A DNA stretch of 38,389 bases from a virus. Positions 1 through 9,627 of this stretch are shown here, piece by piece. Below the pieces are notes generated by a model that ran no database searches, had not been told where the DNA came from, and saw only the letters and a program-made list of their open reading frames with translations. The stretch's first letter is position 1. The number at the start of each line of letters is the position of its first letter. The translations under genes were made by a program, and so were the position numbers. The stretch lies in the IMG/VR virus record IMGVR_UViG_3300028114_000002. The stretch is one strand, 5' to 3'.

Positions 1-127
1 ACGACGCGAGTGTCCGTCTCAGACGACATCTGCACTTGAGACGACCATCCGGTGATGGGGACGAGGAAAGATCCGCCAAAAACCGTGTTGTTGGCCCAAG
101 CCGTCCCTAACGTGCCATTGAAATAAT
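1..127. repeat. Terminal direct repeat, copy 1 (identical to 38263..38389)
   Basis: Read base by base: acgacgcgagtgtccgtctc...cgtgccattgaaataat occurs at 1..127 and again at 38263..38389. The repeat lies inside an open reading frame, so it behaves as a circular-closure or assembly overlap rather than a non-coding physical end. Confidence 0.95.
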
Positions 128-1070
128 TATCTGCCTGTTGGCTAATGATTGCGACCGTTGTTGGAGAACCTGTGGCTACGAGAATATTGCCTGACCATGG
201 GGTTTTAGATGCGGTAAGCGCCCCCACAACAGAGTTGTTTACGGCTCTAGTTATGTCCATAGAAAGGCCGCTTGGCAGCGAAATAGAAACTGGTGATCCA
301 GAATTTGTTCCAGAAGTAACTGTAAACATGACTTCAAGAGAATCACCTACGCGCCGATACTTGGCGATAGATGCAGAAACAGTTCCTAGGCCAACGTATG
401 TCGGAGTGTAGCTCTGCCAGTCCGTGACTGGCGTTCCCTGCGTGATGATCTGCGGAGAGACGCGGACGTCGGATAGCGCCATCGTGTAGGCGGATGCCGA
501 CGTGCTGCCAACGTGGATACAGAGGCGGTAGCTGGTCGAGTTAGAGGCTGCCTGGAAAGTGCCTCTCCAACTTTGTTGAACAGTGGTGCTTTCAATCGAA
601 GAAGGGGCCGGTTGAATCAAAATCGAGTTGGTAACATCGTAGATCCAGACCGAAAGATCGCTCGTGGCGTAAGTCCCGCTGACTACCTCGTAGGGGAACG
701 TAATTTGCAGGACTTTACCTTTGTCGGAATTATCAATCGTGAATGCATTCGAGACCCCGTTGCCTTGCCGGTTGTTTGCATCCTTGACGAGGTTGAAGTC
801 AGCTCCCGGACGAAGCGGCGTTGTGGTCGAGCGCGAGATCGCAAACGTAGGGCTACCGCCCGTGCAATCGACCGGAGAGCTGGCTGCCGAATCAGCATAC
901 CCCGCCCATCCGAGAGTATCTTTTCTAGCGTAGGCGTTTTTTATGTAGTTGCGGGAAGAGCTTGATCCGCTGTCGAGGAAATCTGCATCTAAAAACCTAG
1001 GGGTTTGCGCAAACGTAGTGCTCGCCCCAAGGGCTGCCGCTGCCAGTAAGAGGCGTTTGAAAAATTTCAT
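1..1070 (-). CDS. 5' (N-terminal, 356 codons) part of a junction-spanning gene: signal-peptide-bearing fibre or receptor-binding-like protein. Continues at 38262..37392 on the circle (646 aa total).
   Basis: Absent from the ORF track because it runs off the window edge. ATG is at 1070..1068, preceded by AGGAGA (1079..1074) just after the fibre-1 stop. I checked every plus-strand triplet starting at a position divisible by 3 from 1068 down to 3 and found no tta/cta/tca. The frame matches ORF 37392..38297 across the repeat (38262 is divisible by 3). The N-terminus MKFFKRLLLAAAALGASTTFA/QTP has the n-h-c pattern of a Sec signal peptide. It is followed by beta-rich, CBM/jelly-roll-like sequence. 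Confidence 0.85.
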   Translation of the reverse strand, partial: MKFFKRLLLAAAALGASTTFAQTPRFLDADFLDSGSSSSRNYIKNAYARKDTLGWAGYADSAASSPVDCTGGSPTFAISRSTTTPLRPGADFNLVKDANNRQGNGVSNAFTIDNSDKGKVLQITFPYEVVSGTYATSDLSVWIYDVTNSILIQPAPSSIESTTVQQSWRGTFQAASNSTSYRLCIHVGSTSASAYTMALSDVRVSPQIITQGTPVTDWQSYTPTYVGLGTVSASIAKYRRVGDSLEVMFTVTSGTNSGSPVSISLPSGLSMDITRAVNNSVVGALTASKTPWSGNILVATGSPTTVAIISQQADNYFNGTLGTAWANNTVFGGSFLVPITGWSSQVQMSSETDTRV

Positions 1071-1079
1071 ATCTCTCCT

Positions 1080-4000
1080 TTAGATTCCGTTACGAGCAAT
1101 TTCGACAACTGCGGCAAGACCCGCATCCCAACGAAGACGAATGATGGAGCCCGCTTGCCCGCGCCAATCCCCCTGCAGGAGGACGGTCGAGGATGCGGCT
1201 AGGTCACAGTAGTTTGCGTTCGAGGTCCCGAGGATTTCAATCTCAGCTCCGTCAACCATACTCGAGGTCGTGATCGTGAACGTCTGAGCCGAGCCCCCCG
1301 TGTACCTAAAGCGCTGTGCCGGAGAATTCGTGGGCGTAATCGAGGAGCCGGTGAAGTTCGACTGATCGGGCGTCTTTGCTCCGCCGGTAGATAGCACCAC
1401 ATCCCAGCGCGTATCCGTCGTGTTGTAGACGAGCAGTGCGCCCTCGTTGAGCTTCAGCACGAGGTCCCGTGCCTGCGGGCAACGGATACGGTTTGCGGAA
1501 GTAGATCCCGCCCCCTGATGGCTGATCGTCACATCTGCGGTAGCGGACGTGTTCACAACCCATAGCATTCGCGGCGAACCGCCCCCTGAAATCCCACCAA
1601 CTGTGCGTGCAGTGGCGGGAGCCAGACGGAACACGGTGATTCCCGTTGAGGTTACGTCATCGGTTGTGCCGGTCGCGGTCGAGTCGTCTACGTCGATAGC
1701 GAGGGTGCCGTCTAAGTGCAGTGTCTCAGCCGGGGATGCTTTGTTGACGCCCATCCGCGAGGTCGCAGTCAGTGTAAGCATTTCGACCGGAGTCGTTGAT
1801 GCGTCGGGCTTCACGAAGAATCCGAGATCGGCGCCCTTACCGTTGGTTGTGCCGACTCCGCGCAGGATGGCGCGGATGTAGCCTACCAGGCGAGTACTGG
1901 CCGAAGGGGAAGTGCCGTTGTTAAGCGAGAAGAATTGCAGAATTCCTGCGATGTCGCTTGCTGCCGGGCTTGCGCGGTTGTTGCCGAGTGCTAGTGCGCC
2001 GTAGGAGTTCGCACCTGTCGCGTCGCCCATCACGTTCACGCGGCCTTCGGTCGTAACCGCGGTGCCGATCGGATCATCGCTCGTCGGAGTGCTCCCGAGA
2101 GTTAGCCGGAAGTTTTTATACCAGCGGGCAATCTCGATGTTGTTCACCCGGAACGGGATTTTGAAATCATCGATCGTACCGAAGAACTTCTCAGCCAGCA
2201 CCGTGTTGCCATCGAGCGTCCAACCGGATCCGCCGCCAGAGCCAGAGCCAGATCCGCCCACCACCTGCCAGCGGCTTGATGCGGTCTCGTAGTAAAGAAT
2301 GACGGCGGCACCGTCGGCCATTGCTATGGCCGCGCCCGTTCCCGTGCGGATACGGTTTGCAGCGGTGCCGCCCGTGTCGTCGTTGAGGTTGACGGATGCG
2401 CCCGTGCGGTTGATGAGAACCAGGAACGTGGCATTTGGCGGCGCCGGAATCATGTCGATCGAAGTCAGCGACCCGTCGGTAACAAGCAAGCTCGTCTTGG
2501 TCGGAGTCGCAAGCGTGGCGTTTGCGCCGGTCGCGGCTGCGTCCGTCTGCTCAGATCCCTGAAGCGTTGCCAAGGCGCGCAGGGCTGCAACAAAGCTCTT
2601 AGCTCCGCCGAAACTCTGTGCCGCGGTGCTGACCGATCCGGGGTTGGTTGCGTCTGCCGGCTGAATCGTAAGGGTGTCTGCCACAAGCGTCGCGCCAGAC
2701 GTGCCTGGAGTAGACCCAAAAGTCGCAAGCGAGAGGGAGCTTCCGCCAGCACCTTGGAAACTGCGCCAAGTGCCGCTCGTCATACAGAAGAAAAAGACTT
2801 TGGAGCCACTGGCCAGCGCAAAGGCAGCGTCGGCGGCACCCGCGTCGATCGCCTCGCCCGAGGCCGGGAACACGTCGCAAGAGGCAGCGCCCGAGTTCTG
2901 CACGTAAAGCTGCATGCCCGCGACTGCCGCGGGGAGCTTGACTGAATCGTTTGCGGTGGCGCACACGCTCACGCGGTTTTGCTGTTTAGCAAGCTGGGTT
3001 GCGGAAGCCTGTCCGCCGCCCGCAAACGCGGTGATTGTGTCGGCAGCCGAGAACATCACGTAGGCTTGCGCAATGATGTTGTTTGCGAACGTCTTCACAC
3101 CCGCGATCGTTTGCGCGATGGCGGTGAGTAACCCCGGCTGGGATCCGTCTGCCGGCTGCAGGGTGAGGACTTGGCCTGAGAGCGAGGCGCCGTTTGCAGA
3201 GGGGGAGCTGCCGACGGCTGCAAGCGACACATCGCCTGAGTTCGTTCCCGCGATGTCAGCGTCACTAGAGAAAGTCAGCGAACGCGCGGCGTTTTTGAGA
3301 TCGATCGTGAGGTCACGATCGGCGTCCTGCGTGACGCTACTCGTGAAAATGAAGCGCGAGAACCAAGACGTGGACGTTTCTTTGATCGAAACACCCGTCA
3401 CGAATTTCTTCAAGCCCGCAATCAACTGCGTGAGAGTTGAGACGCCGCCGGGGTTGGTTGCATCTGCCGGCTCCATGTTTAGCACAGCACCAGAGAGCGT
3501 AAGGCCGTTTGCGTTCGGGGCCGTGCCAAATCCTTGCAGGGTGACGGTCGCGGGACCGGCAGGACCAACGGCGCCGGCAGGACCCGGGGGGCCTGCGATA
3601 CCCAAGTACTCGGACGGATCACGCGCCTGCACGCCGGTACCGTCATCTGAGATTGAGAGAACTTTACCGGCGTTGATTGCGAGGTCGGGGAAAGCCTTAT
3701 CCCGATCAGGCGAGGTGGAACCAAAAAGTAGCGCCCGCCGCATGCGGCCGACCACTTCCTGTACTTGCTGCACGATACGATCAAGCGTGCGCTCGTTCGT
3801 CTCAGGCGGGAAGATCCCCGTCGAAATGTAATCCGTTTCCTGTGTGACGGGCGTCACTCGACGAACGAGTACGCGCTGCGTGGCGGTCGGAGTCGAAACT
3901 GTGACTACCGCACTACCAGGGTCGCCGCCCGAGATTGAATACTGCCCGGGAGCTGTGAGCGTTGTCTCGGTGACTGCTGTCGGCACCGTGTAGTCGCGTA

Positions 4001-4109
4001 GGATGACTTGCACCTGCGAGTTGGCAGTGAACGCAAAGGGGATTGCGAATGAAGTCGTAACTCCGTCGCCCTGATAAATCTGCTCGGTCGTCGTGTTAGA
4101 GATCGTCAT
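1080..4109 (-). CDS. Tail fibre (1009 aa) with a T7 gp17-type N-terminal adaptor domain, a short collagen-like segment and three internal repeats
   Basis: The N-terminus IYQGDGVTTSFAIPFAF...VLVRRVTPVTQETDY resembles, from memory, T7 gp17 YQLDGSNRDFNIPFEYL...IELRRVTSTTDRLVDF. GIAGPPGPAGAVGPAGPA gives six G-X-Y triplets. A ~40-aa unit containing PAD(A/G)(T/S)(N/Q)PG...Q...G.K.F occurs three times. ATGA overlap with the upstream gene at 4106..4109. Confidence 0.85.
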   Translation of the reverse strand: MTISNTTTEQIYQGDGVTTSFAIPFAFTANSQVQVILRDYTVPTAVTETTLTAPGQYSISGGDPGSAVVTVSTPTATQRVLVRRVTPVTQETDYISTGIFPPETNERTLDRIVQQVQEVVGRMRRALLFGSTSPDRDKAFPDLAINAGKVLSISDDGTGVQARDPSEYLGIAGPPGPAGAVGPAGPATVTLQGFGTAPNANGLTLSGAVLNMEPADATNPGGVSTLTQLIAGLKKFVTGVSIKETSTSWFSRFIFTSSVTQDADRDLTIDLKNAARSLTFSSDADIAGTNSGDVSLAAVGSSPSANGASLSGQVLTLQPADGSQPGLLTAIAQTIAGVKTFANNIIAQAYVMFSAADTITAFAGGGQASATQLAKQQNRVSVCATANDSVKLPAAVAGMQLYVQNSGAASCDVFPASGEAIDAGAADAAFALASGSKVFFFCMTSGTWRSFQGAGGSSLSLATFGSTPGTSGATLVADTLTIQPADATNPGSVSTAAQSFGGAKSFVAALRALATLQGSEQTDAAATGANATLATPTKTSLLVTDGSLTSIDMIPAPPNATFLVLINRTGASVNLNDDTGGTAANRIRTGTGAAIAMADGAAVILYYETASSRWQVVGGSGSGSGGGSGWTLDGNTVLAEKFFGTIDDFKIPFRVNNIEIARWYKNFRLTLGSTPTSDDPIGTAVTTEGRVNVMGDATGANSYGALALGNNRASPAASDIAGILQFFSLNNGTSPSASTRLVGYIRAILRGVGTTNGKGADLGFFVKPDASTTPVEMLTLTATSRMGVNKASPAETLHLDGTLAIDVDDSTATGTTDDVTSTGITVFRLAPATARTVGGISGGGSPRMLWVVNTSATADVTISHQGAGSTSANRIRCPQARDLVLKLNEGALLVYNTTDTRWDVVLSTGGAKTPDQSNFTGSSITPTNSPAQRFRYTGGSAQTFTITTSSMVDGAEIEILGTSNANYCDLAASSTVLLQGDWRGQAGSIIRLRWDAGLAAVVEIARNGI

Positions 4110-7100
4110 AGCGTAGGCTCCCCTTTTCGTTTCGCCCGTTGCTGGGTTTTAAGCATAGTTGATTCTTCGTCTTTTGAAATACCCATGATGGACCGAATTT
4201 GTGCACGCGCGTTTTCAACCACGTCACGGTCCACCGTTTGCCCAAGCGCGGTCGAGCGCGCAACTTGAGCACCCAAGAATTGTTCCCGGATATCCGGGAA
4301 TTCCAGGAGTAGTTGTTGTTTTGCAGCGGCGCGGTACATGCCCACCATTTCTGCAATGACGGTGCGTTTGTTTTCGTCGGTACGGTAGGCCTCCGGGATG
4401 CCGGGCTTCCCATCCAATTGCCGAGCGTAGTCGGATTTAATGAGCGCCCCAAGCATGTCCTTAAGGTTTGGAACCTTTTGGTCCCGTTCCTTAGGTGCTT
4501 TTTTGATCTCATCGATCGAGCCAAGGCCGTGCCCCGCCGCAAGCTCTACAAATCGATTGTACTGCTCACTGGTTAGGTTCACGGGGAAGCTGTCTTTGCC
4601 GTCCACGTAGGCGAACGAGATATTGCGGGGAGGCATGTCCACCATGAGGTGGCTCTGCCCGGCAAGGGGCTTCGGCTTGACGAGCGGACCCGATACTCCC
4701 AGGCGAACAAGCTCTTCCCGGATGGGATCGTCTTTTGCAGGGGAGTACTTGAACGGGTTCACCAGGGCGATCGCGGAGAGGATCGCAGGGCCCGTTCCCT
4801 GCGGGTGTACAACCTCTTCACCGAAGAGGTTTAGCTGCGGCATGCCCACACCAAACGAAGCTTTCAGGGGCTTCACCACTGACTCCCAAGCGCCGTCCTG
4901 TGCCCCAAGCTTTGTGTCGATTTTCTTATCCCCAAAAGCTCTGTTTACTTGCTTGAACAGGTTGGGCGTAAGCGACGAGGCGAAGTTATCTGCCAGTTTT
5001 TTCCAAGCTGACGTGGGCGCACCGTCCCGAAGCAACTCGAGCACTTTTCCGAAATCGTCGGTGAGTACGTCGGGAACTGCCGCGGAGGCAATGTGCGCGG
5101 CCCCCGCAAGTGTGAGGTCTTCAAACCCCTGCATGTCCCCATCCGGGCTATCCCAGTAGGCTGCGAGCTCATGTAGATCGGCGGCAATACCGAGCAGGGT
5201 CCCTACGCCTCCCAAGGCTTGGTAAGAGAAATACCCGTCCCCAACCTTGATAGAGTTAGGTTGCCAGCCAGTGTCCTCGAGCGCTTTGCGCGCCTGCCAG
5301 TTTGTGGGACCGGCGCCCGTGATGACGCCCTCAACGGCGAGTAGCCCACCAAGCCCCAGCATCGACGTGCCTACTGCTACCTTACCGAGCGCTACGTCCC
5401 GAGCGGTACCGCCGGAAGCCATCGCTTCCTTGAATCCGGGGGTGAGCATCGCAAGGCCAGGGAATCGCTGCAACACTTGATCCGTTTGGTTGATGTTGAT
5501 TTTGGTAAACGGAACCAGCATGCGGAACATCGGGTTCTGCGAGATTCCGTCGTATAATTTTGTGAATATCTCCGGGGTGTAGTTCAGCGTGCGCTGCCCC
5601 GCCTCACGCGCGGCCATCATGTTGATGTGTGCCGGCGGGAACTGCGTCATCTCCTTCACCATTTTTGTGTAGGCATCGCCCGTAAGGCCCGCTGCCCGGG
5701 CGGTGCGAACGGCAAGAGCGTTGGTTTGCATGCGATAGATCGTAGCCTTAGATGCTACGTCGGCGGCGTTCAGCGCACGCCCAGGAATACGAATTCCAGA
5801 GCCGATGAAATCCATCGCGTCGGCCCAGACGCCATGCAGCCCGTTGGCGGCGCCAGTCAAAGTAGAGGGACGCTCAAGCGCCATCAGCTTCGAGCCGCCC
5901 GCAGTTAGAAGGGGATCGCTCGTGCGCCACGCCTTGAAGTAAGCAATCCAACCTTCCTTGAGGCCCTGCCCAAGCGACAGCACCGTAGCGTTAGACTCGG
6001 CGAGTGAAACGGCCTCACTTTGCACCTTGTTTGCAAACGCCGTGTAGGTTGCGTCAATCTCTTCCGCTGGCATCCCACCGAAGAAAGACGAAAGTTCATC
6101 CACACTAAGACGTGTGGCAGGGTTACCTTTGCCGCCTACGATTGAGCGCATTTTCTGGACAGCCCAAGCCGCGTACTTCTCGGGGATTAATCCAATGGTG
6201 TTCACCAGGTTGTTGGCGACGTTTACGGTCTGCGTGAGCGGCCCGGAAAGTAAGCTCATAACCCGCAGCTCTTCGCCCATCGCTGCGAGGTGCCCAAGTC
6301 TCGAGCGATTACTCATCCAGGAGAAGTGCTTCACCTTCTCTGCGGGGGACATCCTAGACATCATGTCCACGATTGTTGCCGCTTGCTTCTGAATCTGCTC
6401 CTTACCGCCAGCGACGGTAAGCACGTCCTTTGCAGCGAACATCTCTGCAACGGGGAACGCAGTCACATTCGACAAGTCCGCCGCACGCGTGGCAAGACCG
6501 GCTTCCTTTGTCCCGGCTTTAAACAACGCCATGGAATCAAGCGTGAGCATCTTCGATCTCTCGAAAGCAGCAATTACCTCATCGCTCGCATTCGGAGCAG
6601 CGGCAGCTATCGCTTTCTCAACACTGTCCTGCACGGCGTTAACAAAGAAAATTCCAGCACCTTTTACCTCAACGGCATTCCACCCTTGGCCAGGCACCTT
6701 AGTAGTAAGCCGGCTAACATCTTCGCCGAGGAGCTTGAACGCATCAGCAAGTACCGACTCATCGCTAACAACTCCGCGAGCAATCGTCTCAAAGCCTTCC
6801 TTGTTCGCGGCTACAATATTTGAAACCACGCGGCGGAAGTCATCGACAGACCCCATCGTGGGCACGTTATCTAGATTGAACCGCTTCGTGGCCTCGGTCG
6901 CCGGAGCCTGCAATTCTTCTAGGCTGAGCATACGCAAGTTCTGCGCTTGGCGCATTACCGTGGGCTGCTCAACTACCCGGGCTGCGTCGAGAACACCACG
7001 CCCTTCGGCCACTGCAGCGGAAACCGCAGATGCGTCTGCCGTGATTGTCTCCCCGCCCGAGTTTACAAGGGTGTGCCCTCGCGCGGTCGCTGCCGCATCC

Positions 7101-8050
7101 AGGGGAGCCTCAGTTGCACCTTCCTGGGCTGCCTTACTTGCAATGGCTTGCGCCTCGTCAACCGAAGGGGCAATTGCCTGCCCGGCCTTATCGACGGCAG
7201 TGTTTTCTGCAGTGACCTTTACTTCCGTCTTTGCCGCAGCTCCGGCGGCGCCCTCAGCAACTTCAGTGCCTACTTTGGAGACGCCTCGGAAGGATTTGTA
7301 GACCTTCATTGCGCCAACAAAAACTCCGGCAAGTGCGGCGTCGCCCACGATGCTCGTGACGAAGTTTTTGAAGCGGCCTTCGGCCTCGGTGTCAGTTTCC
7401 TTGGCTGCCCAGTAATCGACAATTCCGTTCTGGAACATCGGGAATCGCTGAACAAAGTTAGCGATATTCCCCTCGTGCGGGTCGGCCGTAAAATAAGAAG
7501 ATACGCCTGCAGCGGCAGCGCTGGCCCCCACAGAAACAATCCCAGGTGCAGCCATAGCCGCAGCGCCTACGCCTGTTCCAATCGCGGTCGCAAACTGGGT
7601 TACAAACTTCCCAGCTCCCCGGAATGCACGCTCTGTGTCGGTCGTAGACGGGGGAGCCAGGTCTTTGCCAAACGTGAACACACGATCGTCATCGATCAAA
7701 TCTGTTTCTTTGATCCCGGTGGTCGTAAGCCAGTTATCGACCGAGTTGATGAGATCATGCCCGGCCTGTACAGCACCACGTGCGACATCTACCGCACCTG
7801 CGGCAAACTGCTTCATCGGTTTCCCGCCGGACAATTCATCCGCGCGGGTAGCCACACCCGAGAGCTCATTTGCAGGGGGGGTTGCCTTTGGGGCGGGCCC
7901 CTCCTGCGGCTGCTGTTTTGCAAGCAGTTCGTCTGCCGGAGCTCCGAAAATATCTTTCTCGAGTTGAGAGATTCGGTTGTCTTGTGACCCCGCAATTTCA
8001 CGGTCTAGTGCGTAGCCGCGTTCCATCGGAGACAGATTTGTCGTATCCAT
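4106..8050 (-). CDS. Large internal virion / DNA-ejection core protein (gp16-like position and size, 1314 aa)
   Basis: Longest ORF. It sits between the gp15-like gene and the fibre, as in T7. I chose the ATG at 8050 (MDTTNLSPMERGY) because it gives a TAATG overlap with the upstream stop; the track extension to 8122 looks off-frame (R/A/G-rich). Alanine-rich, with predicted membrane segments such as GKVAVGTSMLGLGGLLAVEGVITGAG. I saw no lytic transglycosylase motif. Confidence 0.7.
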   Translation of the reverse strand: MDTTNLSPMERGYALDREIAGSQDNRISQLEKDIFGAPADELLAKQQPQEGPAPKATPPANELSGVATRADELSGGKPMKQFAAGAVDVARGAVQAGHDLINSVDNWLTTTGIKETDLIDDDRVFTFGKDLAPPSTTDTERAFRGAGKFVTQFATAIGTGVGAAAMAAPGIVSVGASAAAAGVSSYFTADPHEGNIANFVQRFPMFQNGIVDYWAAKETDTEAEGRFKNFVTSIVGDAALAGVFVGAMKVYKSFRGVSKVGTEVAEGAAGAAAKTEVKVTAENTAVDKAGQAIAPSVDEAQAIASKAAQEGATEAPLDAAATARGHTLVNSGGETITADASAVSAAVAEGRGVLDAARVVEQPTVMRQAQNLRMLSLEELQAPATEATKRFNLDNVPTMGSVDDFRRVVSNIVAANKEGFETIARGVVSDESVLADAFKLLGEDVSRLTTKVPGQGWNAVEVKGAGIFFVNAVQDSVEKAIAAAAPNASDEVIAAFERSKMLTLDSMALFKAGTKEAGLATRAADLSNVTAFPVAEMFAAKDVLTVAGGKEQIQKQAATIVDMMSRMSPAEKVKHFSWMSNRSRLGHLAAMGEELRVMSLLSGPLTQTVNVANNLVNTIGLIPEKYAAWAVQKMRSIVGGKGNPATRLSVDELSSFFGGMPAEEIDATYTAFANKVQSEAVSLAESNATVLSLGQGLKEGWIAYFKAWRTSDPLLTAGGSKLMALERPSTLTGAANGLHGVWADAMDFIGSGIRIPGRALNAADVASKATIYRMQTNALAVRTARAAGLTGDAYTKMVKEMTQFPPAHINMMAAREAGQRTLNYTPEIFTKLYDGISQNPMFRMLVPFTKININQTDQVLQRFPGLAMLTPGFKEAMASGGTARDVALGKVAVGTSMLGLGGLLAVEGVITGAGPTNWQARKALEDTGWQPNSIKVGDGYFSYQALGGVGTLLGIAADLHELAAYWDSPDGDMQGFEDLTLAGAAHIASAAVPDVLTDDFGKVLELLRDGAPTSAWKKLADNFASSLTPNLFKQVNRAFGDKKIDTKLGAQDGAWESVVKPLKASFGVGMPQLNLFGEEVVHPQGTGPAILSAIALVNPFKYSPAKDDPIREELVRLGVSGPLVKPKPLAGQSHLMVDMPPRNISFAYVDGKDSFPVNLTSEQYNRFVELAAGHGLGSIDEIKKAPKERDQKVPNLKDMLGALIKSDYARQLDGKPGIPEAYRTDENKRTVIAEMVGMYRAAAKQQLLLEFPDIREQFLGAQVARSTALGQTVDRDVVENARAQIRSIMGISKDEESTMLKTQQRAKRKGEPTL

Positions 8051-9627
8051 TATTGTGCATCCTTCGCGTGTACTTCCAACGCCTGCTGCCAGTCTCCGTA
8101 AAGGCGCACGCGGCGCTCCCATTCAGAGGCGCCAAATTGACGGATGATTTCCTTCTTCTGCTGAAGCAACGTGGATTTTACCGCATCCATGTTGTTTGCA
8201 CGCATGGAATCCCGGCCGATACCGGGTAGGGGAGGAAGAGATTCCGGGGCTCCGATCATCTGTCGAAGCGCCTTGCGCGCCGCGGGCACGGGATCTACAC
8301 CCTGCTCCATGTACTCGTTGCGTTTGTTGATGACTTCAGCTGCAAGGCGTTCCTTGTCGGCGTTGCCACCCATTTTAGTTGCAAAATCAAACTGACCACG
8401 AGATCCCGTAACGGTAGCGTTGATGATATCGTTAGATACCTGCACCTGGCGTTTGAACGCGGGGTCTGCCTGTTTTTCTTTCGACGCTGTTTTAGCTGCG
8501 CGCAACAACCGCTCGGTGGTCTCACGCGTAAGTGTACCATCATCGAAAGACTTCATAATGTCTTTTTGAATTTTAGACCCCGACTCGCCTTTAAGAATTC
8601 GACTGGTGTAGTTCACGCTTGCGCGCGATTCCATCTCGCCAGAAACATCCTTGGCCTCGGCCTGCAGCCGGTTGTATCCCTCGGGGCTTATCAACCTTTG
8701 CTTGAGTAAATCTTGCGCTTGTTGCAGCATAACGTCACGCTGCGCAGGCGAGGTGGCGGCAGCGACACCCGCAAAAAGTGCGGAATCGTTATTTTGCACC
8801 ACTTGCTCATAGGCTTCTTTGCGCTTCTTTTCAGCTTGCTCTTTTTCATCAAGCACGCGATTCGTGTATTGCAGCTTTGTCACGGCAATCTTCTCAGAGA
8901 GTTTGTTGATATGCGCGGCATCCTTAGCGTAAGGCGCAAGTTTTTGTAGGGCCGCTTCCGCTTCCGAGAATTTCTTTTGCCCAATGAAACCGTTGACGGC
9001 GGTATCGACAAGCGACGCTTGATCATCAACTTTTATCTGCTCGCGCACAGGTGCGGTGTATAGCCCTGTGAGCTGATCAACTTCCTTATTGTTTTTTTCG
9101 ATCTCCTCAATAGCGGCGTCGGGGGCGCTTAAAATCCGCGACGCCCGTGACGCGTAATTGGCCCTACGCGCGCGATCTAGTGCCTCGGGACCACGACGCG
9201 TAACATCAGCGTACACGTTGGCGGCGTAAGAGTTTTTAGCAGCGCCAAGTACATTCTTTGCTTCGGCAGCGATGTTGCCACCAAGTGCATCGATTTCCTT
9301 GGTGATCTCCTTTACTTCATCGTCGTATTTTTTCTGGTACAGCTCAAGCATGTCGGAGCCATCGTCTTTGGCTTCCTTACCGGCGGCAGCAAACGCTTTC
9401 TGTTTTGCCTCTGTACCTGCGTTTTCCACGCGCCCAAGGAAAATCTTTTTCTCCTCAGTGTCTTTGACCTTGAAGTAATCCTGCAGATTCGCCGCGGTCT
9501 TTACGAGATCGTTGCCAAACCCAGCAACAGCCTCACCCTGCGTGCGAGCGCCGCTCGTGCCTCCAATGGGGACAGGCGAGGATACTTGCAGGCGAGTGGC
9601 TTGGTCCTGTAGCGGGATACGCGGCAT
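8050..9627 (-). CDS. Internal virion protein (gp15-like position, 525 aa, highly alpha-helical and charged)
   Basis: Synteny between the gp14-like and gp16-like genes. K/E/A/Q-rich helical composition. TAATG overlaps at both ends (9627 and 8050). Confidence 0.6.
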   Translation of the reverse strand: MPRIPLQDQATRLQVSSPVPIGGTSGARTQGEAVAGFGNDLVKTAANLQDYFKVKDTEEKKIFLGRVENAGTEAKQKAFAAAGKEAKDDGSDMLELYQKKYDDEVKEITKEIDALGGNIAAEAKNVLGAAKNSYAANVYADVTRRGPEALDRARRANYASRASRILSAPDAAIEEIEKNNKEVDQLTGLYTAPVREQIKVDDQASLVDTAVNGFIGQKKFSEAEAALQKLAPYAKDAAHINKLSEKIAVTKLQYTNRVLDEKEQAEKKRKEAYEQVVQNNDSALFAGVAAATSPAQRDVMLQQAQDLLKQRLISPEGYNRLQAEAKDVSGEMESRASVNYTSRILKGESGSKIQKDIMKSFDDGTLTRETTERLLRAAKTASKEKQADPAFKRQVQVSNDIINATVTGSRGQFDFATKMGGNADKERLAAEVINKRNEYMEQGVDPVPAARKALRQMIGAPESLPPLPGIGRDSMRANNMDAVKSTLLQQKKEIIRQFGASEWERRVRLYGDWQQALEVHAKDAQ

